Shown here piece after piece: positions 18,879 to 29,924 of a DNA stretch of 64,000 bases. The notes under the pieces were generated by a model. That model ran no database searches. It saw only the letters and a list, made by a program, of their open reading frames with translations, and was not told the DNA's origin. The position numbers and the translations under genes were made by a program. Location of the stretch: the NCBI GenBank assembly GCA_047495785.1, contig JBLDXI010000042.1, positions 1,674,001 to 1,738,000 on the forward strand, given 5' to 3'. This DNA is from Lepidodermella squamata. Lineage: Eukaryota; Animalia; Gastrotricha. Within the stretch, counting starts at the first letter, position 1. Each line of letters opens with the position of its first letter.

Positions 18879-20173
18879 AAGAGCTCGTCGTTCTTGACGT
18901 CGTTGTAGTCGTCATTGTAGTTGTGGTAGTCGCTGTGAATGGGCAAAAAATACATCTCGTCCTTAGCATTATTGCTGAGCATTACAGAAAATGAAGTTCA
19001 TCTCTTGCCTGGAATGGAGATTAAAATTTTTAAATAGGTAGGTTATCTCTTTCAAAAAATTAAAATGTCATCTAATTGTACAGGAACTTCAAAACGTTGA
19101 AACCTAAAACAAACAAAAAATTAAACAAAGAAGCTCCATAATCTTATCGATTTTTGTCTGCTTGAAAATGCCAGGGCTCTAGAATCGAACTCGAAAATCG
19201 ACTTAAACCCGAACCTTAACCAAGCCAGAACTTCAACTCTAATCCTAACTCCTAGCTACACGATTTCATGAAAATAAATATTCATGAAAGGCGATATTGT
19301 CATAAATATTTCTACACACTAATTTTCCCTAAATCTGTGATTGGAGTGAAAATTGGAGTGTTGTGTATTCATCGAGAAAGTATTGAGAAAAAGTAGGCTT
19401 GGCGAACGCTGGTCCTTACGTGGAGCATAGTAGTCTCTGCATACATACATCAGCGGGTTGTAATTGCTCAGATCCAGCTTCGTATAAAGAGCAACAGTAG
19501 TCAATGCGTCTTGCGTCCGAAAATTTGCGCCTAATTCCAATTTTGTGACATCGTAAAAATACGGCTTATCTTTCGCTTGGAACTTCGACACAGGTGCCCA
19601 TGATTGATATTCATTGATTGTTACATTGAAGACGCGCCTCATTCCGTCGTAGCCAATGCGAACAAAGTTCCATGATTGCCATTGTAAATCGCCGATGATG
19701 AAAGTTCCGCCGTCCATACCCAGGTAGTCGGTGGAGTAGCTCAACGTCAGGCTGGCCGTCTGTACTTTTACCGCAAGGCGAGGCATTTCTGTTCCGCCTA
19801 AAAACGAAATGATCCCGCCTGACATTGGACTCCATTTACCAACGTAATAGTAGAAGGTGAGTAGCCAGCCGTTGTAGCTGAACAGCCATTGATAATCTGG
19901 TGATTGGACCACTGTTATTCCCGTTTCACCGGTGAAGCATGTCCCTGGCGTTCCCGATGGGCCAATGCAATCGTACTGCCAGCTATTGTGCTTCTTTTCC
20001 AGCGAAGGGCTGCCTATGTTCACCTCGTTACTTAACGACGTGTTATCCAGAGGGAAAAGCAGCTTAAGGTCGCTTTTTTGAGGCAGTAGCGCTAGTAATG
20101 GATGTTGTGCACTTCCATCAAATGGCAAATTTAACAGCGAAAAAGCCGCTACTAATAGTACTCTTCCGAACAT
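18436..20173 (-). CDS. Surface glycoprotein: signal peptide, beta-sandwich (LamG/ConA-like) domain, Thr/Ser mucin stalk, hydrophobic (GPI/TM) tail; exons 20173-19420 and 18932-18436
   Basis: GT-AG phase-1 intron 18933-19419 joins ..DYYAP to PTTTT; duplicated ASKAESTPVAQKSS units; (GTA)n at ~18839-18878 encodes poly-Thr. The LamG call is by resemblance only. Confidence 0.75.
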
Positions 20174-20451
20174 TATTTAACGACTAATGTGCTGAAAGAA
20201 TGCTGGAAGTTTCAGGTAACACAGATGAAACAAATGCTGAAGATCTGACGCTTCTCGTTTGCAGTCTAGCGGCGCACTATTGTAGTTATTTCATCAAAAA
20301 TCAGTGACGGGGAGCTCTCGTTGTCGTGGGGCCGACAGTGGTAATTTAGAACAAACAACCTTCTCAGTAAACACAGAAACATTGCAGCTTACTATTTGAT
20401 TTTTCTTTCGGCATCCGCCAATATAATTTGTTGATCGAAATTGCAATTTTC

Positions 20452-21136
20452 GCACATTTTCAGGCCCGCCTACGTTACGGCTCTGCGCGCGCTCCTATTG
20501 GTCAGCTCATTTTGAACTGAAATCAAAAGGCAATCTATGAATTTCACGTCGGCTTTTACATCGAATTGAAGTAAATTGAATTCTCTATCGATTGAATATA
20601 GATTTGTTACAATTGAAATTTCGGAATTATACATTTGACGTGCACAATTTTTACTTGGTGGTGCGCCTACGTGAGGTCACCCGCCCTAATTTTTCAGTGC
20701 ACGTAAAACTTTTTCCCTTTCAATTTTTCGAGCGAGAACCCTATATTCAATCGATAGAGGATTAAATTCTCTTCATTTTGGCATAAAAACCGCCACGAAA
20801 AGTTCAAGTTACTCTTTGACAACTGCGCGCGCGGTAAAATTAGCGATAAAAAACAGTGCGCGCGGCTTGGGCGAGTGAGCGTGCCTTGTAAATATGTCCT
20901 AAAGTTAGCCACGTTTGCTTATTTTTCGTACCTACCATGCACATTTTATATCGATAGATAAAGATTTTTTCGGTTGAAATTATGTTTTATAAATCTGATA
21001 GAATATATGCGAAATGCGCAACTTTTTTGGGTTAAAATTGATTCAGTTGTGCGTGTGTTGCGTAACAGTGTGCGCGAAATGGCCGGCCAATAGGAGCGCG
21101 CGCAGAGCCGTAACGTAGGCGGGCCTGATAATGTGC
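20452..21136. mobile_element. Mutator-like MITE
   Basis: ~50-bp TIR (GCACATT.TCAGGCCCGCCTACGTTACGGCTCTGCGCGCGCTCCTATTGG) and 9-bp TSD GCAATTTTC (20443-20451 and 21137-21145). Confidence 0.85.
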
Positions 21137-22410
21137 GCAATTTTCCCGAAAAGTCTTAACCAGACAAAACGGATTTTCTATTGCGACTTGCGAACCACCA
21201 TTGTTCGAGATTTTGTAGCTAATATTGCGGATGGCCTCATACGTAGACGTAAACTTTCACTGTGCTCCCGCTCCGAGGCCATCGCTGGAGGTTACTGATG
21301 CAATGTTGCTCCATGAATTATTCCTCATCGCCCGCATTTGCTCTGAATAATTTATTGGTCATAGCCACATCAAAAGTTCATAGTAAAACCCCTATGAAAT
21401 GTACAGCTGCTGTGCACTATCCCCGCAACTTCAAACCCTTTTCTCTTCTGGGAACCATCATGCCCTTTTAGGAGCAAAAATATCGTTGATCGCTTTTTGC
21501 GCGATAAATAATCGTCGGTAAATATTCGTCGGTGAATTCACATATCAAATTTTATAAATTAATTTCAGAGCTTCATTTAAGGATGCTTGCATCCTTATAA
21601 GTCGGCAATGATATATCATTTTTTACATAGCCAAGAGAGAATAACAGTATTTCTGCGACATGAAGCTGGCATAATTATTCAGTAGCAAACCAGAAAACCC
21701 TTGGTACGGCCCAGGACGCGTAGGCGGATAATTCGAGGGCTGGAAACAAAATCAGATTACTGACGAGTCTTATCTCTGGCGGAAGTTTTCGCTCTGTCGA
21801 CAAGAAGCTAACTTCAAAAACTCTAGCCACATGTCCTTGCGTCGTGGTAGTCATGTTATTTTAGGACAGTACGCGGTGCCTGAAAAAGTCGCTGCGTTGG
21901 CGCCGCGCCGGGTACGTGGTACGTTGTCCCCCGTGCGCCGCGTTGCCGACTTCGGCTTTGTCGCATTTGCCTCAAACGGTCAAGATACAACTTCGCCGCA
22001 AGGACCAAACAAGACACTCCGCATCATCCTGGAAGTAATAGGCCTGCTACTTCAGAGACTCCTTGTACTAAAATATTCGTGCGCCGCGCGCATTCTCATA
22101 AAAACCACGCGATTTGTATATTTAAAAATTCGTCAAATTTTCGTAAATTTCTGCTCCATTTATCTCTCCTTTGAGCATTCGTTGTGCATCATCCCGGCCC
22201 GGTGCTCAATTTCGTTGAGCATCTTTGAGCATTCCGTTAAGCACTGTTGAGCACTCCGTTGAGCAGCGTTGTGCACATTGATCACAAATTGAGACTTTTC
22301 TTTAGGCATGTTGTGCATCTTTAAGCAGCCTTCAAGCACTCTTTCAGCGGCTCTTGAGCATCGCGTTCAGCACCAGATTAAGCACCAGTCGTCAATGACA
22401 CAATTCAATT

Positions 22411-22490
22411 AAAAAAAATCAGTCTCGGGCGGGAATTGAACCAGTGACCACTGCTCCCAAGCCCGCAATCCAATCCATTCAGCCACTGGT
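22411..22490 (-). ncRNA. tRNA-derived Pol III unit (SINE-head-like); second partial copy at ~23021-23060
   Basis: A-box TGGCTGAATGG, B-box GGTTCAATTCC, then a T-run terminator; no complete cloverleaf. Confidence 0.5.
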
Positions 22491-22500
22491 TCCTCATTAA

Positions 22501-22881
22501 CCCTTAGCCGCCGAAGACGTGTACACGCGTTAATTCCGGAGAAAAATCACCGTGGTCGGAGGATTTGGGCTATCGAACCCATTGTTGCGTCATAAATTAT
22601 GATAAATCAATAGCAAGAAACAAGCACTCCCCGAAAATCCAAATTTTCAAAGCCATTCTGACCAGGTCGAAAATAGTGAGAAAATTTTTAAATGACTTGT
22701 TAACACGTCATAGCAACGGCAACCCAGGTAAATTTCTTCTGAAAAAGAGGTTCGGCTTTCAATCTAAGGCTAAATGTAAGACTTTCTGCCGACTCAGAAT
22801 TTGATTTTAGCCTCTTCTTGATTTTCTGGGATTTTCTGAAAGGTGCTCGAGTTAACACGTCATTGCGCCGGCGGCTAAGGG
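22501..22881. mobile_element. piggyBac-type MITE nested in the TA element
   Basis: TTAA|CCCTTAGCCGCCG ... CGGCGGCTAAGGG|TTAA. Confidence 0.88.
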
Positions 22882-23290
22882 TTAATGGATACCATCAAAA
22901 ATCGACTTATCGATCATTTCATTTGTTAAAAAGTTTGCTACTTTGGCAGTTTTCTGTAATTGTAAGACTCCGCAATCGAGCCATTTGCAAACAAAAAAGT
23001 AAAAAATCGGGGAAAAGCAATCAGTCGCGGGCGGAAATCGAACCAGTGACCACTGCCCTCACACTCATTCTTGTCATCTGATAACCTGCTATCCTGTTGA
23101 GCACAAGTTGAGCACTTGCGATAGGTTTCGGGTGACGTTGAGCACAAATTGCGCGCAAATTGAGCTGCCATTGAGCAATCATTGAGCATTTTGAGCACAA
23201 GTTGTGCAATTGAGCAAAAGTGCTCAAAGGAGAGATATTATTATTTCTTTGAACAACTTCGATTTATCCAAGTTTTAATTTTAATTTCAG

Positions 23291-23732
23291 ATTCAATCGC
23301 TGACCAGCCTGTGGTTCGTTGCTACAAGAAATCGAATGGCAATTTCGAAACATGCAGACCCGTTTGCCAGAATGACGAATTCCAGGTAAAATGTCGCTGA
23401 ATTATCCGTAGTCTAATTGAAGTTTGTTTCAGAGCAAGCCAAAGTATATCTTCAAAAACCTGGCTAGTTGTCTGAAAGGGGTGAGATTTCCCTGCATTAT
23501 TTCTGTTAACCTCCCGAATTTTCGATTATTTTTAGGGGGCCCGGCTGTGTAAGCGTAATCGCAACCAGAAATATTGCATGGGGTCTAACAGATCGTGCAA
23601 GAAACAAGTAAATCTAATAATTCTTTAATATTCTCATATTGTGCATTTGTTGATGTGTGATAGGTCAACATTTTCGGATCATCGGAGCTGTTTGCCGACA
23701 ATCTTGCAGCATGCAAAGCAGCCAACTCTTGA
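23291..23732 (+). pseudogene. Orphan 3' exons of a third astacin paralogue (Cys-rich repeats)
   Basis: Exons encoding PVVRCYKKSNGNFETCRPVCQNDEFQ...FADNLAACKAANS* closely match 34227-34672; no upstream exons found. Confidence 0.7.
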
Positions 23733-24828
23733 ATTTACTAGAGGCAAACAATCGAATACAACTTTTCTCGATTGATGACTAATTCTTGACTCACGAACTC
23801 TCGAAATCAATAAAGCGATCTAATTTCGATTAGAATTATTGGCGATCAGGTCGCGATTTTGAAAGTTCGAGTATAAAGTATGGTGTATTCGGAAAGGAAA
23901 AAAGAGTCAACAATGATGAATTCCAAGAAAAAATTCCATTGATTTATTAGAATCAGTCTATGCAATGGCGGCCTGTTAAGTTTGCTTATTCTTGATTAAT
24001 TCTGTTTGTTGATTACTTTATGAGCGAATTTTCTATAATGGGCAGAGCCGAAGGCTGAAAAACACGAATTTATCAGTTCGCTATGAATCAAGGTTAAAGT
24101 CTTACCAGTTTGCTAATTTGTGTCCTGATTGTCGTGTGACATCGCCATTTCGTGAGTCTCTTCCATCGCTTTCCTGTCCGGGAAACAATAGTATATGGAG
24201 CCGGTCTGACGACATGTGCTATTCATTGATTACAGTAATGGTTTGATTTTAGGAAATGTTCAAAATTAGAAACTCACTATCCGGCGCAGCAAGGCAGACT
24301 TATGCCACACTCCCCAATCGCGCACCTCGACTTACTCGGCAGAGCAGTAACTGCTGCGAAAACAGCGAAAATGGCAATAATGCAGAAGGCAGCTTTCATT
24401 TCGAGGGAATGTGCTTGATAATTGGTTCAAAACGTAGCTTGCTTTAAATGCCTTTTCCTGGCGTTATATAGGCTCTAATAGGCCTTATCACTCTCTCACG
24501 CGCACCAATTTGTAGGGATATCTTTTGTAAAGAGGTCATAAGCCCCCCAAAAAATGATTAATTCCAGACATTTATTGATAAAAATTTATTTTGAGCGTCA
24601 CCCTGGTAAGTCAAAAAAGACGGAGTGTCAGAAGCAGCGTTAATTATTAGGTGAGATACGTTATCAATTCCGAAAGAAAATGGTACCGACATTAAAAAGT
24701 AATGCGCTCGGTTCATTCCTTGAGAGTGCGCTTTATTAAAGACCTTATGAGACCAGGTTAAATGAGCAACTTTTGGCTAAAATCATGATAAAAAAAGTCA
24801 CCAGAAACTAAGCTTTCAGTGCAGCTTT

Positions 24829-25048
24829 CAGTGTGCGAAGTACCGGGGAGCGGGGAGTACGGGTGGTACCTTATGAGATCTTCAGTCTCCCAACTGAGCT
24901 TTCTGAGCAGGGCGCGAAGTACGGGGGGAATGAGGGGTATCGTGCCCCTAGTTCGGCAGGCCAAGGTGGAAAACACCGAAAAAACCACAGGGTCATAACT
25001 TCTGGGCCTGAAAATACCCACTAGATCGAGGATCCTACTTCGCGCACT
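24829..25048. repeat. Short dispersed MITE-like repeat; related copies at ~45123-45251 (+) and ~53874-53998 (-)
   Basis: Ends AGTGTGCGAAGTA / TACTTCGCGCACT; shared core GAGGGGTATCGT..AGTTCGGCAGGCC..GAGGATCCTA. Confidence 0.65.
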
Positions 25049-26756
25049 TTATCTGAGCTTGATGGCTGATATTCTACGAAAGGACGTTGCATCCTAAGTC
25101 ATTGGCGCCATAACCACGTAAATAAAAAAATTTATACAATGACGGGGTAATCCCCGTTGCCGTGTGGCGCCTTTGTTCGTTAGGTCGAGATACTGATGGA
25201 ACACATCAGTATTACAGTGCTCCCTCGATAAAAGCACTGGGTCGGGAGCCAGACACGGTCTTTTAACAAGGGAAAGCTATAGCGAGGGCTGTAATTGAAT
25301 GCAGAAGCTAAAAATAGACCGTTTCTACGCCTTAAGACAGTTGCCATGCCAACGCGCAGAAAGAGACGGACACGGATTACGTGTCATTACAAATCTCGTT
25401 TGCTGAAGGCTGTGAAACAATAACACTATGAATCATAAGTTCCGCGCCAAGTTTTTATTCTTATTTGCCAGGGCGGTTTCGATTTGACTGGTTGGCCTTG
25501 TTTTTTTACTCTGATTTTAAGTCCTGCCTGGGGCTAACGAACTCAGAATAAAAAAAACCTGGAATCTCATTATTTCAATTTACTTCAAAAATGCCCAGCT
25601 CGTCCGATTTCGCAAACAAATTTCATTTGAAATCACAGCTTAAAAGATCAACCACCGTGGTCAAGATTTACCAGAATACTTCTGAATAAATCACCAGCAA
25701 ATTCAGCCTAACATTCTCAAGACAATTCAGTGTTCAATTCAGAACTCATGCTTCGCCTAAAATTCGTAGAATTTTTTAAGAAACAATATGATAAAATTTG
25801 AATAATTTGAAACAATTGGGATGAAAAATGTATTTTCGATAATTTGTTCGCGGTTAACCTGACTTTTTCTTTTTTAAATTCTTCTCAGGCGTGATCTCGT
25901 TTTCATTCGACTGGCCTATTAGGATCAGAGCAAGGTAAAAACTCGGGCAGAAGCTCCCGCCGCCCCTCCTCGGGATGTTGCGATTTTCAAAGTCAAAATC
26001 GAATGATTAAAAGTTGTGAAAAAAACCCGTAAAATTGCCAAGGCGTAGAGCAATGAAATCGTAGAGTTTTGGCAGCCAGTTTCATGTTAGATCAGGCCTA
26101 TCGACTATCGAAAATCGGCTAATAATTCCAATAACTCAGGACAACTAGAACGAATGAAAGCGACCTAACTTTATGAGAATAAATCCATGCATCGAAATTA
26201 AAATAAATCGTAAAACCAGGACGCGATTCTTCATGATGACGCAACACAGCCGGGAACAAAATTGGGAAAACTGAAGTTTCAGTTTCCTTAAAAAAATCAC
26301 GATTTATATCCTAATTTGATCATGCTAATAATGCTGGTAAATTTCAAGAGATTTTCTGGCCGGTAAAAACGTAAAAATTGAAAAATCAGGGCAATTCAGA
26401 TGAGTCTTTTAGTTGATCAGCAATTGACCTGAGGAAAAATCTGCAAATCAAGGAGAAGATTGACGGGCATTTTTATAGTTAGTGAAATGAATTGCTGATT
26501 TTGTCTGATAAACTGGCGTAATTTCTGATGGAAAAGTTTAACAAAAAAGCAAGACGACTCGCAGCGCGACTTGAGTGGCAGCTAATCCACACACTCTGTT
26601 GCATAATCACAGCCATTTCAAAGGCACAAGAACAGCTTAATGCACTGATGATCTTTCAACTCGTTTGAACTAAACTTGAAATAAATGGATCTCTCAAAAC
26701 CACGACAACGCGCCGCTAGGTTTCTAGGAACGCTTTATTATTTTAATTTTTCACGC

Positions 26757-29075
26757 TTAATTTTTTCAATTTCAATTTTTTTCAATTTTCTTGTTTTATT
26801 CAAAAATCCGTTCAAGTTTTTTCTTCTGCCAGCCCGAGGGCACCAAGCATATTTACAATTGTAGTTTCTTTACATTTTTTTGTGGAACGGGGAAAAACAA
26901 AGGTATTCTAGATTAACATATGGTATAAGTATATATAATTACAATTAATAGATAAGTGGAATTTCACAAAAACATATAATTCTACTTCGAAGTAATCGAC
27001 TCCAAAAGAGAGGTTCACAGAGGTATACGAGAGCGTCATAGCGAGATAAAGTTGAGATTCACTTAGGATATACATAGTTTTTGTAATCATTTCGCCATTT
27101 AAGAGCTAATTTCAAAATGGAGGATAGGTTCAAGTCGTTTTGGCTATTGCAATCACGAAGTGCAGTTATTAGAAGGTTAACATGATTGATTTTATCTCTA
27201 AAGTTAGAAGTACAATGATTAGTTTCAGGACAGTGAAGGATAAGATGGAGTAGAAGATTGAGAGGTTCAAGGGATTGCACGTTACAATAGATGCATTTTA
27301 GTTCGCCCATGACGTATTGAAAAGGTTTAAATAGGGAGTTTGTTCGAATTTTGGCTAGGGTTTGGGAGTCTTTAATGTCAAAAATCTCAAAATATTCGGA
27401 CCACCGAGAAAAAAGCTTATCGCAGTATAGGTTTTGGTTGCAATAGAAAGCGGTTAGGTTACCCAAGATTTTGTTTTTGTCTTTTGAGATAAGAAAATTC
27501 TTGTATTCCTCAATGATTTGTGCGACCTCGTTTTCAGAGGCGTCAAACATGCGTTCAAAATTGTCCTTGGCGATTTCAACTTTGAGATTTTTATACACGT
27601 GACGGCAAAGTCTGTCATTATTCTCGAGTACTTTGAAGCTATCTTGCAATAAAGCGTTATTAGTTCGAAATTTAATGGAAAAATAATATTTTAAGGCTGT
27701 TATCAATAGAGTTATAAATGGTGGCTCGATATAGTATTCTCGGAGCACCAACTCGTTCCTCGCACTACTCGGTAGGTTAAGAACTGTTTTTGAAAATAAT
27801 AAATTTATCTGAGGCATGGAGCTGCGAAGCTTGAAGCCCCATAGGCCTGCTCCAAACGTCATATGACTGATCGCGTACGAGTTGTATAAAACTCTGTATG
27901 TATTGGCTGGAAAATAATTTTTGTAGGGTCTCAGCATTTCTGGTAGTTGCGAAATTATTCGTTTGACCTTGGCTGTTGCGCTTTCGGAGCATCGTCGAAA
28001 ACTCAGATTGTGGGTGAGTAGAATGCCCAGATATTTAAATTCAGAGACTTGCTCAATTTTAGTACCATTTATTTTAAATTCGAAGTCAGCGGGGGTATAA
28101 GTACTGCCGCGGTGAAAACACATGACCTTTGTCTTTTCTACGTTGATTTTCAGACCATTTTCTCTAGCAAATTTTTCCACTGCATTCAGCAGATTTTGTA
28201 GCTCCTGCGGCGATTTCGCTAATAAAACAAGGTCGTCCGCATATAATAGACATATAACAGATAATGAAAAAAGTGAGAGACCTGCTGATGTCTCAGCTAG
28301 CTGTGGTAGTAAATCATCAATGAAGAGACAAAATAATAAAGGCGAAATTGGGTCGCCCTGCCTCACGCCGATATTATTCTCGAGTATGCTATCACGTTTG
28401 AGCTTGTTTTTGTACCGAAGTATTAGTGAATTATTACTATACATTTCATTTATTATACGTCTGAAGAGTGGCGAGGTTCCTCTTTTCTCTAGCTTCTCCG
28501 ATAACAACGGCCGATTGATGGTGTCGAAAGCACTAGAAAAATCTATGAATGCTACGCATGGTTTTTTGTCTATGTGCTTAGCTAAAACCGTGTACAATAC
28601 AGTCGTTCTATCAGTACCGGATAGACCTTCTTGGAATCCAAACTGGGAAGGATCCAATTTACGTTTTTCATTCATTAATAACCATTTTCTAAGCCGTCTG
28701 TCTAATAAAGATGAGAATAATTTACAAAAGACTGATAGAAGAGAAATAGGGCGATAATTTTTTGGGTCACGCTTATCATTCTTCTTGTAAATGGGGACTA
28801 AAACTGCACGTTTCCAGGCTTTTGGGTATTCGCCTGTGTTGTAAATTGTAGTGAACAGCTTGGCCAAAAAAGGGTATAGCCATGTCTCACATTCCTTCAT
28901 TTTTAAACATCTGTAATCTACTAGATCAATTCCCGGCGAGGAGTTAGAATTTGCGGCGTCTATGCATTCTTTGATTTCAGAGACTGAAAAGGGTCTGTCC
29001 AAAATTATATCGGAGTATTCGATGCTTTGAGTACTATGTTTCGATTTAGGCTGTTCCTCTGGCTTTTTATAAAAT
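26757..29075 (-). mobile_element. 5'-truncated non-LTR retrotransposon (CR1/L2-group-like)
   Basis: RT ORF without endonuclease; 3' AATAAA followed by an ATTGAA-type tail near 26757-26800. Boundaries approximate. Confidence 0.8.
27059..29002 (-). CDS. LINE reverse transcriptase (partial ORF2)
   Basis: NYRPISLL, FIDFSSAFD, GVRQGDPISPLLF, YADD, FKYLG and C-terminal CxxC..HxxxxC. Confidence 0.92.
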   Translation of the reverse strand: MDRPFSVSEIKECIDAANSNSSPGIDLVDYRCLKMKECETWLYPFLAKLFTTIYNTGEYPKAWKRAVLVPIYKKNDKRDPKNYRPISLLSVFCKLFSSLLDRRLRKWLLMNEKRKLDPSQFGFQEGLSGTDRTTVLYTVLAKHIDKKPCVAFIDFSSAFDTINRPLLSEKLEKRGTSPLFRRIINEMYSNNSLILRYKNKLKRDSILENNIGVRQGDPISPLLFCLFIDDLLPQLAETSAGLSLFSLSVICLLYADDLVLLAKSPQELQNLLNAVEKFARENGLKINVEKTKVMCFHRGSTYTPADFEFKINGTKIEQVSEFKYLGILLTHNLSFRRCSESATAKVKRIISQLPEMLRPYKNYFPANTYRVLYNSYAISHMTFGAGLWGFKLRSSMPQINLLFSKTVLNLPSSARNELVLREYYIEPPFITLLITALKYYFSIKFRTNNALLQDSFKVLENNDRLCRHVYKNLKVEIAKDNFERMFDASENEVAQIIEEYKNFLISKDKNKILGNLTAFYCNQNLYCDKLFSRWSEYFEIFDIKDSQTLAKIRTNSLFKPFQYVMGELKCIYCNVQSLEPLNLLLHLILHCPETNHCTSNFRDKINHVNLLITALRDCNSQNDLNLSSILKLALKWRNDYKNYVYPK

Positions 29076-29924
29076 ACTTCTTTAAAAAATAATTTTTAAA
29101 TCTATCAAAAAATTATAATTTGTTTAATTAAAAATTTACAACTAATTTATTTAGCAGGGTCCAAAATTACGGTCTACAAACGAGGGAGTTCTTTTAAGGA
29201 GGGTGCCACTAACGAGGGAGCACTGTAGTGAATTCGAAGAACAAACAGCGAAGAAGAATAGCCTTTGGCATTCAATGTTGAGGTCTGAAATACCAGCATT
29301 TCTTCATCAATGTATAAACGGAAAACAACTCAAACGCAACCTAGAATTAGCTTCCCAGGAAATCTGATAAAGAAGCCGAATGATTCATTGAGTGGACTAT
29401 GGACTGTGACTATGGACATGCCATTTTCATTTATTAACAGGGTAAAAGACATATTGGCATATCGAGATTTTTTTTGTACAACCATATTCAAACTCAGGCA
29501 AGGTTTAACGTGTTGAATTATTCTGAAAATCGATCTTAATCTAATTTCGATGACAATTTTTCTCGATCGCAGATCGCGATTTGAAGGGGTCAAGTTTGTA
29601 ATAAACCGAATAATTGACGTGATCCACAAGATCTTCAGATCTTCAGGAATCATTGGTGAATCTTCACTCACGTTGACGAATCAGAAACAATTTTCAGCTG
29701 TTAATCCATCCGTTAGATTTTCACGCTAATTGTTGGTACACTAGAAAATGAATGATTGCAATTTTTAATCTCAAATCAGACACGTATGTCTTAGTTTTTT
29801 TATTAAATTTCATTGATCGGTCTCATGAGCAGGTCACTGGCGGCACGCGTTTGGTCCCACGTTAAAAACCGAAAACTTGACCTAACACATTCATTTTATT
29901 GAATTTATTTTATTTTTTGCATCA

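Larger units (their letters stand above)
22163..23235. mobile_element. TA-flanked non-autonomous TIR element with TTGAGCA subterminal repeats
   Basis: TIR TCTCTCCTTTGAGCA / TGCTCAAAGGAGAGA, TA on both sides, many TTGAGCA motifs near both ends. Confidence 0.75.
25215..29225. mobile_element. Tc1/mariner (pogo/Tigger-like) non-autonomous shell containing a LINE
   Basis: TA|CAGTGCTCCCTCG ... CGAGGGAGCACTG|TA, ~23-bp imperfect TIR; no transposase ORF seen. Confidence 0.75.

Noticed and set aside
18494-18994. Val-rich + strand ORF, and similar shadow ORFs (5628-6296, 8390-9130, 10719-11138, 28122-28757, 47746-48012)
   Set aside because: Antisense mirrors of better-supported genes with no motifs of their own.
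19175-19260. Telomere-like CCTAA hexamer run
   Set aside because: Too degenerate and intronic; likely a repeat fragment.
22421-22490. Functional tRNA gene
   Set aside because: A and B boxes are present but acceptor and anticodon stems do not pair properly.
22170-23230. TTGAGCA repeats as a CRISPR-like array
   Set aside because: Short, irregularly spaced and in both orientations; explained as MITE subterminal repeats in eukaryotic DNA.
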